Shown here piece by piece: positions 19,054 through 27,299 of a stretch of DNA of 28,441 bases. Source of the DNA: a virus (Duplodnaviria; Caudoviricetes); the IMG/VR virus record IMGVR_UViG_3300038317_000092, positions 1-28,441 of that record; one strand, written 5' to 3'. Made by a program: the position numbers and the translations under genes. Position 1 is the stretch's first letter. Every line of letters begins with the position of its first letter. The notes beneath the pieces are model-generated. The model saw nothing but the letters and a program-made list of their open reading frames with translations, did no database searches and had not been told where the DNA came from.

Positions 19054-20070
19054 TGAATTTACCTCCTGTTTTGTTTTTTTATTATCACCACCTAAAAATT
19101 CAGGTAGTTCTAAACCAAGTTCGTTATAGTGTTTCTTTAAATGTGCTCTACCAGATTCAGATAATCCATTAGAAGCACCCCTACTAGCAGCCGCATGTAG
19201 TCCTGCTTCTGAAACAACCATTTTCCCACTATTGATTTCATGATGTGGATATTTAACATCAGATTCAATAACATCATCCATGTTAGAAGGAAGTTCTGTT
19301 TCCAAGTACATCTCGTTAAAACATGCTTTTGCGTTTGATGCCTCTTTGCAAGCCTTAAATAAACTTCCTTTATCTGGATTCCAACTTCCATTCATAATAG
19401 CTGATGCTTTTGAATTATCAATATCTATTTTAGCCATTTTTTGATTTTCACCTTCTTTAGAATTAACTTCAAATACCCTTGATGATTGATCCGCTGGTTG
19501 GACAAAATTTGAAAGAATAGCCAAAGCTGTGAAATCAAAAATTTGTGGTTTTCTTCCAATTTGTGGTGAACCATCAGAATTTACGCCTGTACCATTAGAA
19601 TAAACGATTCTTTTAGAATCACCTTTACCGTTAACTTCTACACTTCCAAATACAGTTCCTTGATTAGCTTCAGATTTAAGCCACTCTACAAAATTAGGAT
19701 AAGATTGATTATATATATAACCTTCTGTGCATAAAACAGTTTGTTGTTTACCATCTAAATTTACATCTTGCAAATATGCTTTTTGGATTGAACCAACACT
19801 ATCTGAATTAGGAAATATTACTTTTCCATTCTCATCGTACTCCATATCTCCGTGTCCAGAAGGAATTGTTTTATCATCATCCACAAAACAAACTTTATAT
19901 GATGCACCAATCATTGATTGAAGATTATTTTGAACAAACTGTTTATCCCAGTTAATACCATTTCCATTATTATCATTATCATTTTCCGAAATTTTTAATG
20001 CACTCATTTTTATATGAGTTCTACCAGCTACTTTTTCGTCAGGCTTTTCACAAATCTCAATATTATACAT
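18529..20070 (-). CDS. Prohead protease-scaffold fusion
   Basis: N-terminal globular domain (N.NGI.W...PSGHG...GSVE...FDFTALAIL...PAD) and C-terminal coiled coil. Lies between portal and capsid. Confidence 0.7.
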   Translation of the reverse strand: MYNIEICEKPDEKVAGRTHIKMSALKISENDNDNNGNGINWDKQFVQNNLQSMIGASYKVCFVDDDKTIPSGHGDMEYDENGKVIFPNSDSVGSIQKAYLQDVNLDGKQQTVLCTEGYIYNQSYPNFVEWLKSEANQGTVFGSVEVNGKGDSKRIVYSNGTGVNSDGSPQIGRKPQIFDFTALAILSNFVQPADQSSRVFEVNSKEGENQKMAKIDIDNSKASAIMNGSWNPDKGSLFKACKEASNAKACFNEMYLETELPSNMDDVIESDVKYPHHEINSGKMVVSEAGLHAAASRGASNGLSESGRAHLKKHYNELGLELPEFLGGDNKKTKQEVNSMDEKVVLELNQKIEDKTKEINDLNNKNTELNAKNTELSEAVTNANKSCEELNTKISALTEELNACKTELDAKKKKEAEAEAEAKKAECNSYFETEIPKNGFSNEEINSLKHFVDEVNLEGLKSAEAEICTKKFKENIVKNSETNVETNSKHSFISIHEPEKKVVSDKVHSFFNV

Positions 20071-20093
20071 TTATTTTTATCACCGCCTTTCAA

Positions 20094-21752
20094 TTATTTA
20101 GTAGATGGTTTAATAACATTATTTGCTTGTGTACCTTTAGTTACTGCTCCACTAAATGATAAATCTTTATCATCTTTTTGCGGTCTACCACCCTCATTAG
20201 CACCCACATTATTGTCTGGATTTGATTTATCTGCTGAATCGCTCAAATTATATGCTGTTACATGAGGTTGATATTTACTATCCAAATCATCAGAACATTC
20301 TTCATCACAAATTGCAAAATAATCTGTAGGATCAACTCCTGATGCAGCTATCATATATGTACGAGAACCCCCACTTGTCATATATAGATCCTTCATCTTG
20401 TCATACATATCATTCTTATTTAAATAACTAATAGGCAAATATTTAATATCTACATAATCTATTGGATTTGTACCTTCATGCTCATTAAGCAATCTTGTAT
20501 ATTCACTTGCAATTTGATTTACCATCTGAAATACTTGAGAAGAAATAATATCCATGTTAATTTGCATTCCTGCAAATCCGGAGCTTCCTTCACTAGCCGC
20601 ATTTAATGCAGAACTAGCGAATCCTAAATTAGTAGAAATTTTTTTAATGTTTTCATCGTTTAATGTGTCTTTCAATAATGAAGCATCTTTTGTTAATTTA
20701 TCAAGTTTCGTATTTGGTGGTAAAGATAAAGTTGATATTTTTGCCTGACCTTCAGATGTATTGATTTTTACAGCATTCTTAAAAGCAGAAATTACATTGT
20801 CTTGTTGGTCTTTGTTTAAAGCACAACTGCCTATTTTTTCACCTTGAGGAAGTACAAGATAGTATATGGATGAAGCTAATTCATTCACCAACTTATATTG
20901 ATTCAAACAATAATCAGATTGAAGTTTCATATCAGCAAACGCTGCAAGTCCATAAGGTCTACCATATGGTTCATCGATATTAGCTCTAGCTGTCAATGCT
21001 AATGTTTTTCTATAATCAAGTATAAACCATCTATTACCTGCGTCTTTTTTATAATCTTGATATGCTTTAATAAACTCTTTAGGATAGTTTTTAATTTCAT
21101 TCAATAAACCACCATACTTAAATTGGTCAAAGTACATCATATCGAAAGCAGCTATATTTACATTGTTTTGAAAACCAACAATTTTCACATAATCAAGATC
21201 AAGTGGCTGAATCATAAAGTTGTCATCTAATGACAAGCCTTCAAGACGATTAAGACCTTCTATCATTCCAGACATGGGCATTACATTCTTGTTATTTGCT
21301 GTTGTATCTCTTAAAATTCCGACATAAATTCCGTCAACATCTAATTTACGAAGGATATCTCTTGTAGTCTTATCATGATTTAATAACTTCATCATTAAAT
21401 TGATTTTTTGCTTACGTTTTTTATCTTTGTTCTTAATATTTTTACCATTATTAAACCTACGCAAAACAGCAACATATGAGAGTAATGGCAATGCCACTCT
21501 GGTATCAATAGACCTTGCATACATACCATTTGAGTTATAACATTGTTTTGAGATTTCTCTTAAAATTGCATTATAAATCATTGGATATTTTATGTAATTC
21601 TGTAAACCTTCCATCGATAAATTAGAAGAATTATTATATGTAGACTGAAAATAATATGAAGATGAATTTATATTATTTGTCTCAACACTATACGAGTTAG
21701 TTTCCACTTGTTGATTTTCATCAGAGGATAGGGGAGTATTAGAAGTTGCCAA
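20094..21752 (-). CDS. Portal protein
   Basis: About 552 aa directly after the terminase, with EPYGRPYG and a C-terminal GGRP motif. GAAAGGAGG RBS favours TTG 21752. Confidence 0.8.
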   Translation of the reverse strand: MATSNTPLSSDENQQVETNSYSVETNNINSSSYYFQSTYNNSSNLSMEGLQNYIKYPMIYNAILREISKQCYNSNGMYARSIDTRVALPLLSYVAVLRRFNNGKNIKNKDKKRKQKINLMMKLLNHDKTTRDILRKLDVDGIYVGILRDTTANNKNVMPMSGMIEGLNRLEGLSLDDNFMIQPLDLDYVKIVGFQNNVNIAAFDMMYFDQFKYGGLLNEIKNYPKEFIKAYQDYKKDAGNRWFILDYRKTLALTARANIDEPYGRPYGLAAFADMKLQSDYCLNQYKLVNELASSIYYLVLPQGEKIGSCALNKDQQDNVISAFKNAVKINTSEGQAKISTLSLPPNTKLDKLTKDASLLKDTLNDENIKKISTNLGFASSALNAASEGSSGFAGMQINMDIISSQVFQMVNQIASEYTRLLNEHEGTNPIDYVDIKYLPISYLNKNDMYDKMKDLYMTSGGSRTYMIAASGVDPTDYFAICDEECSDDLDSKYQPHVTAYNLSDSADKSNPDNNVGANEGGRPQKDDKDLSFSGAVTKGTQANNVIKPSTK

Positions 21753-21780
21753 TAATATCAACCTCCTTTCTATATTTTAT

Positions 21781-22305
21781 TTATGAATAATCAAACACAT
21801 AATCATAAGTAGATGAACTTGAAAATAAATCCAATTCAAGTTGATCTAAGAAATAACTGCCATAGCTACAGCTTGTATATCTATCTTTTCTGTTATTTCC
21901 TTTTTCATAAATTTTAATCATTCCTGTTTGGGGCATTTTTTCATATTGTAATTCAGCAGATTCACTTATCATTGTTTGTGTTTCAAGAAACGGTTTTTCA
22001 AATTGTACTTGTTCCTCAACGTCTGTAGAAGAAACATAATCTTTATTTTCATTTAAAATTTCTTCTTTTGCAGTATTATAACTAATTAAAAAATCTATTT
22101 TATTTTCCAATAAATTTTTTCTAAAATCTATAGCAATATCACTGTTTAAAGACTGCGTCGCATTTATAGCAAAAATACATGCTTTTGCATTTGAATCTGG
22201 ACATAACTTTGCATAATCGTCATTGTTCATACATTTTAATGGTGGATATTCAATTTCTCTTTCTTCGTCATATAAAACTTTCTGTAATGTATAAAGAATT
22301 TGTAA
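21781..22305 (-). CDS. terL: Terminase large subunit, exon 2
   Basis: LQILYTLQKVLYD...RKDRYTSCSYG carries the last nuclease Asp. In frame with exon 1 after splicing. Confidence 0.88.
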   Translation of the reverse strand, partial: LQILYTLQKVLYDEEREIEYPPLKCMNNDDYAKLCPDSNAKACIFAINATQSLNSDIAIDFRKNLLENKIDFLISYNTAKEEILNENKDYVSSTDVEEQVQFEKPFLETQTMISESAELQYEKMPQTGMIKIYEKGNNRKDRYTSCSYGSYFLDQLELDLFSSSSTYDYVFDYS

Positions 22306-23528
22306 CAACGTTGTTATCTTACAAGTTTTTTATCTTGTAATTCTAATAATTTATTTTATTATTAGTTCAGCATATCTTTTTATCATGATTTAATATATAT
22401 TCTTTTAACTGAGTTTCGTTGGTGTTTTTTATTCCATATAACTTATGAAATTCAATATGACAATCTTTACACAAAGTAATACCATTTTTAACATCATATC
22501 TTAATTCTTTATTATCTGCAAAATTGAAAATATGATGTACATGTAACTTTACTGTGTGCCCATTACCATTTTTATCATTACAGCATTGACATGTATAATT
22601 ATCTCTTTCTAAGACAAAATTATGCCAATCTTTATATTGATATGTACTGCGATATAATCCATTTCTTAAAGCCCCACCATGCCATCTAGGACTTAAATCT
22701 CCTTTTTGTTGAGCTAATTTTAATTTCGGAGAATATGTAATTCCATAATGACTAAGGTTAAATTTGATAACTTTTTCTTTTATTTCATCAGATTGCATTG
22801 CATATTCATACCCGTATTTTTTAAGATTAGTCTGCTTTATTTTGTCTTTTATATAATCTGATTGAAATGGATTTTTAACACCATATTTATCAATATTTGT
22901 TTCAATTATTTTTTCTTTTATACTATCTAATTGAAACACATTAGATACATTATATGTTTTATTTACTGATTCGGATGCTTTTAAATGTTTGCATTTATTA
23001 CAAGCATCTTTATGTATATTTGATTTATTATTTTCTGCTATATAGTTTCTCCAATGTTTAGCATAATTTAAACCACAATAATCACATTTAATTTCAACAT
23101 ATACTGCACTACCTTCTGTTAAATCTTCAACTTTTACTTCAAGTTCATCTCCAATTTTTGTAAAAGTATATCCAAGATTAACATAATGATTTTTTGTTTT
23201 TGAATTCCATTTAGTTTTAGCTAATTTACTTAATAACAATTTTAACTACCCCCACTTTTTACATATAAAAAGAGAGATACAAATTTTCATTATATCTCTC
23301 TTATAAAAGAGCGGTTAGTAATTATCCAACAAATCTCTTTATAACTAAATTTTAGATAAAGCGGACTCGTGGAAAGATTATATTCTCTTTATAGAGTTTC
23401 ACTTTCTATGCGTTGCCTGTGACTATGATTTTAAACATAGCCTTCCAGTCGGATTGCCATTTCAGGTTTCCCGATTTCTTCCGCTTATTAATTACTTATA
23501 TGTTTCCATATAAGAGGGCAACAAATTC
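22306..23528 (-). ncRNA. Group I intron in terL (1223 nt) encoding an HNH endonuclease
   Basis: P1 exon GGGGGU / GCCCUC; P10 GAAUUUGU / exon 2 ACAAAUUC; P3 AGCGGA / UCCGCU; P4 UCGGG / UCCGA; P7 GCAUA (23411-23407) / UAUGC (22374-22370); P9 hairpins; terminal ...AUAACAACGUUG. The 3' site could alternatively lie 3 nt earlier. Confidence 0.85.
22367..23239 (-). CDS. Intron-encoded HNH homing endonuclease
   Basis: VLERDNYTCQCC...LHVHHI...RYDVKNGITLCKDCHIEFHKLYG, with T...KYGV repeats. The stop codon overlaps the intron S element. Confidence 0.9.
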   Translation of the reverse strand: MLLSKLAKTKWNSKTKNHYVNLGYTFTKIGDELEVKVEDLTEGSAVYVEIKCDYCGLNYAKHWRNYIAENNKSNIHKDACNKCKHLKASESVNKTYNVSNVFQLDSIKEKIIETNIDKYGVKNPFQSDYIKDKIKQTNLKKYGYEYAMQSDEIKEKVIKFNLSHYGITYSPKLKLAQQKGDLSPRWHGGALRNGLYRSTYQYKDWHNFVLERDNYTCQCCNDKNGNGHTVKLHVHHIFNFADNKELRYDVKNGITLCKDCHIEFHKLYGIKNTNETQLKEYILNHDKKIC

Positions 23529-24818
23529 ACCCCCGTTTCTACAGTCTAATACTATATAATCTGAATCAAAGTCTTCAAATAGTTGTCTGATTCTAATAGC
23601 CTGTTTTGTCGTATCTCCTATTTGATTAGATTCTATATAAGGAATTTTACGACGATATCCTTGCTTTATTTCTATAGCATTACCTTCTGCCTCATATGTA
23701 ATTGATTCTGGAACACCTCTAATGCAACTATATACAGAGTTATCATTTTGCTTTCCAGCAACAAAAGCAATATCACAAGATATAACTCTTACTTCTCCAT
23801 CTTGTTTTGGAATAGAATATTTATTTTTTCTACCGCTTTTAATATCTATAACATTACGAGGATAGAATACCTGTCTTAATTTTTGTCTATTAATTAGCAT
23901 GGCATAAGTAAAATATGATGAAATAGAATCTCTTACTTTTAAGTTTAAAAACTCAATCTGCCATGTTGCAGGATCTTGTTTCTTTTTTTCCTTTATCAAC
24001 TGGTCAAGGGTTTTTAAATCATGTTTCAATGTAATACTTTCATCAAATGCAAGCATCATTCCACCTTTGTGCTTTTTCATTGCATCAAGGGCTTGCTTTT
24101 CTATATCCCACATCCAGTTTCCGTCATCGTACCAACTTGAACTTATATATATATCAACTGGTTCTTCTTTTAGAATTGAAATATTTTTATAATAATCCTT
24201 CAACATATATTTAGGTTTTCTTGGAGTTTGGAAAGGAGAAATTACAGAATCTTCAACTTTTTTCTTTATTTGCCTACATTCTTCTCTTGCAATAGCATTT
24301 GCTCTTAAACCTCTTGCATTCTCATTTGCAACAAATACAGTAATTTTTGAACCGTTACGAAATTTTACATATATATCATTATTCTTAATACTATATGACT
24401 CTATTTCTTTTCTTAAAATAGGCGACCAATCACATAATTCATCTATTATCTTTTCAGATACAATTAATTTCGCTTGCTTTTCAGTAGAAGATCCAATTCT
24501 AAATTTTGTTCCTTTGTATAATAAGCATCTAGCAACAGCATAGACTGCAACAATAAACGATTTTGCATCATTTCTACTCGCAATTATACATATTAAATTT
24601 GATATACCCATCATATATATGGCTAATGCTTGATATTCATATAAAGATATTTTTAAATAATCAATTACAAATCTATGCATATTTCTTCTAAAAAACGTTC
24701 CCCATGCCAATACATGAAGAACATTATTTTGATTACTTAAATAATTGGTAGAAGGATAATTTTTATATAAACTAAGTTGATTTTCGTCAGCGTATGTTTT
24801 TAAATCATTCTTCTTCAT
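23529..24818 (-). CDS. terL: Terminase large subunit, exon 1 (430 codons; spliced product about 604 aa)
   Basis: LYEYQ, IASRNDAKS (Walker A-like), NARGLR, REE (Walker B-like), YISSS (motif III), ISCDIA and YIVLD (RNase H-like acidic residues). Likely ATG 24818 after GGTGA. Confidence 0.9.
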
Positions 24819-25815
24819 CGTCATCACCATTACTATCTGGTACAAAGAATTCGAAATCTCTTGTATTACTTCCTGTTTCCAAATTAATCATTGGTCTTGT
24901 AATATGTCGTTCAATATATTCTCCAAGATTATCATTATCTTTATATAATTCTTTATTTAAATAGAATTCTTCTGGTGTATATTCAGAAATAAATCCTAAA
25001 GTCATACAAAACGTTTCATCATTGCTAGAATCTTTTTCTTCAATAGTTTTTAATCCAGCTTGTTTAAAGGTTTTTGCATATTCTGAATTTGCATCAATAT
25101 ATGCTTTAGTATCTTCTTTCTGAAGTGCTTTAATTTGTAATAAATTTAAATGGCAAAGAGATTTAATAAATATTTCCTGATTATTATCACAATTTGGATT
25201 TTGTTTCTTTAACATTTTATAATGATCTTCGAGAGTTTGATATTCTTGCGGAGAAAACAAACCAATACCCCAACGTTTAGCTACAGTATCACTAATATTA
25301 GTTTCACCATTTTCTCTAGCATTTTGTAAATCTTCATATGAGTTTATAGTATCTGACTCTCTATCTCGTATTGTATCTAAATATGTAGTACCTTTGTCTT
25401 TAGTTTGCTTCAAACACATTTTACTAGGATAAGCACCAATTCTTGATCTGTCAGCGCTTATTTTTCTAGTAGAAGATACAGCAGAATCTTCATAATACCA
25501 ATCAAAAATACCGCAAATTCTATCTATTGCCTTTTCTTCATTACCAGTATAAAAATCTGTTACTTTATCAAAATATTTATCACGACATGAATTACAAGTA
25601 GTTACGTATCCATTGTTACCAGCATAAAGTGGGGAATAAGAAATACTAAAGTTCCCTTTTTGAGAAGTAAATGGTTTACCACAACAAGAGCAATAATATT
25701 TTCTTTCTTCTTCTTCTTTATAATGTATTTTTTCTACTTTGATATCTGTATTGATTTTTGCAGGAGATTTAATATTCTCCTTTGTAGTATCTAACTTTGT
25801 TTTATAACAAGCGAT
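24805..25815 (-). CDS. Putative terminase small subunit with N-terminal zinc finger, non-canonical start
   Basis: The frame is open 132 codons upstream of ATG 25419 (YYCSCCGK...TCNSCRD) with no ATG/GTG/TTG. GAAAGGAG precedes ATT 25818 / ATC 25815, and an in-frame TAA lies just upstream. Overlaps the terL start. Confidence 0.7.
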   Translation of the reverse strand: MACYKTKLDTTKENIKSPAKINTDIKVEKIHYKEEEERKYYCSCCGKPFTSQKGNFSISYSPLYAGNNGYVTTCNSCRDKYFDKVTDFYTGNEEKAIDRICGIFDWYYEDSAVSSTRKISADRSRIGAYPSKMCLKQTKDKGTTYLDTIRDRESDTINSYEDLQNARENGETNISDTVAKRWGIGLFSPQEYQTLEDHYKMLKKQNPNCDNNQEIFIKSLCHLNLLQIKALQKEDTKAYIDANSEYAKTFKQAGLKTIEEKDSSNDETFCMTLGFISEYTPEEFYLNKELYKDNDNLGEYIERHITRPMINLETGSNTRDFEFFVPDSNGDDDEEE

Positions 25816-26010
25816 AATAAAATCTCCTTTCTTTTATAATTAGAATCAACTAAATTCTTTCCTAAATGTGATCGATATGATTTACAACTGTGTAATCCAT
25901 TCTTTAATTTAAAACACTTTCTTATAGAATTTGGATATCCATTTTTATTAATATAATTTGTTAATTCTTTAATTAACATTTCTTTTATTTGTATATTTTT
26001 ATTTTCTTTT
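25791..26010 (-). pseudogene. Remnant of a homing-endonuclease-associated repeat protein
   Basis: KEMLIKELTNYINKNGYP...NGLHSCKSYRSHLG resembles one HNH-associated repeat. The start region looks frameshifted and no nuclease domain follows. Confidence 0.45.
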
Positions 26011-26033
26011 CTCCATTCTTATCTCCAATAAAA

Positions 26034-26102
26034 TAAAAAATTAAGTAGAAATGTGGAGATACACTTGTCATCAGGTTAATTACTCCTGACTATCTACTTA
26101 AT
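26034..26102 (-). promoter_or_regulatory. Structured leader with nested hairpins and U-tract
   Basis: Outer stem ATTAAGTAGA...TCTACTTAAT followed by T-run, enclosing TCAGG-agtaattaa-CCTGA and a CTCCA anti-SD-like segment. Confidence 0.5.
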
Positions 26103-26104
26103 CA

Positions 26105-26180
26105 TGGGTGCGGAAGCTAGACTCGGACTAGCGTTCTCCAACTTATGAGGATGCGAGATGACCAACTTCTCTATTCCGCA
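26105..26180 (-). tRNA. tRNA with CAT anticodon (Met or Ile2), degenerate
   Basis: 76 nt. Acceptor TGCGGAA/TTCCGCA plus encoded CCA, D-stem GAGA/TCTC, loop CTCATAA, T-stem GCTAG/CTAGC. The anticodon stem is mismatched and the T-loop reads TCCGAGT. Confidence 0.7.
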
Positions 26181-26184
26181 ATAT

Positions 26185-26218
26185 AAAAGACAGTACAGGA
26201 TTTCTCCCATACTGCCTT
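26185..26218 (-). terminator. Intrinsic terminator after the Hsp20-like gene
   Basis: AGGCAGTATGGGA-gaaa-TCCTGTACTGTCT-TTT on the minus strand. Confidence 0.65.
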
Positions 26219-26258
26219 GCAAATTGTGACTGTGTATTACCAATCACACGATATAATC

Positions 26259-26633
26259 TTATTTGCCATTAATAAGAATTTTCTTACGCTTATTTTCAAG
26301 AATAAGATTAATAAAAGTCAAACCATCTTGAGAATGATATTTAATTTCTTTTAAATCTGCCATTACAGAATCATTAATAGCAATTTCTATTTCTGTATTA
26401 TACTTTTCGCCATTAATTTCACTTTCGCCAGTGACTTTAATTCCATATTCTTCAACAGTTACTTTTATATCTTTTTCAGATATACCTAAAGTTTTTACCG
26501 TTCCGATAAAGCCGTCATCGGTTTTCTTAAAAGAATAAGGTGACATATCTTTCACATTACTATTAAAAACTAAACGCATAGGGCGATAACCAAAAAGTGA
26601 CATACCATTAAAAAATTCATCAAAAAGTTCCAT
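26259..26633 (-). CDS. Hsp20/alpha-crystallin-like small heat-shock protein
   Basis: LFDEFF N-terminus, LGISEKDIKVTVE...IKVTGE, and I...SQDGL..I.L. GGAGG RBS. Confidence 0.65.
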   Translation of the reverse strand: MELFDEFFNGMSLFGYRPMRLVFNSNVKDMSPYSFKKTDDGFIGTVKTLGISEKDIKVTVEEYGIKVTGESEINGEKYNTEIEIAINDSVMADLKEIKYHSQDGLTFINLILENKRKKILINGK

Positions 26634-26706
26634 AAAAATACCTCCAAAAAATTTATAAAATATAATTTGTTGTCATCTCAAAGGAGTTGCCTTTTGAATG
26701 ACATAT

Positions 26707-26737
26707 ATAAAAGGGGATACCATTACAGCATCCCCTT
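26707..26737 (-). terminator. Intrinsic terminator
   Basis: AAGGGGATGC-loop-GTATCCCCTT-TT on the minus strand. Confidence 0.6.
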
Positions 26738-26817
26738 ACAATAGAAAAGTGATTAAATAAATAATCACCAACACTTATTTAAATATAATAAGTTAGATAA
26801 AAATAGGGAATAGAACA

Positions 26818-27267
26818 TTACTCTTCATCACCAAAACCGAAAATAGTAACATCGTCAGATTCAACTTTATCTAAAATCTTATAATCACTATCTTCATAAA
26901 CGTATGTATAATCCGCTTCATCCGTATAGTACCCACCATCTTCATGCCAAGCAGGTTCACACCATACTTCATAATCATTATTAATTGAAATATAGTATTC
27001 GCCATCATATTCAATGGAATTAAAGTTTATCATTCCCATATGAAATAGAAAATCATCACCATAATCATTAGTATCCAACTGCTCTGACGGTATAGTTAAA
27101 ATTAATCTAATTAAATCTTGTGTTAATTCACCATTAGCAACAATTGTAGTCGAAGTAAAATCTTTACCTGAATCAATTATTTCATTAGCAACTGATTCTA
27201 AAAAATGTTTAATACAACAATAATTTTTTACCTTAACATCATTATGCTCATATGTATAATTATTCAT
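26818..27267 (-). CDS. Acidic hypothetical phage protein
   Basis: 149-aa ORF with AAGGA RBS, rich in D/E/Y. Confidence 0.7.
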   Translation of the reverse strand: MNNYTYEHNDVKVKNYCCIKHFLESVANEIIDSGKDFTSTTIVANGELTQDLIRLILTIPSEQLDTNDYGDDFLFHMGMINFNSIEYDGEYYISINNDYEVWCEPAWHEDGGYYTDEADYTYVYEDSDYKILDKVESDDVTIFGFGDEE

Positions 27268-27299
27268 TTATTATTTTATCCTTACTTATTTTATATATT

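Noticed and set aside
26670-26703. Inverted repeat upstream of hsp20 read as CIRCE or an RNA thermometer
   Set aside because: Does not match TTAGCACTC-N9-GAGTGCTAA and does not cover the Shine-Dalgarno sequence.
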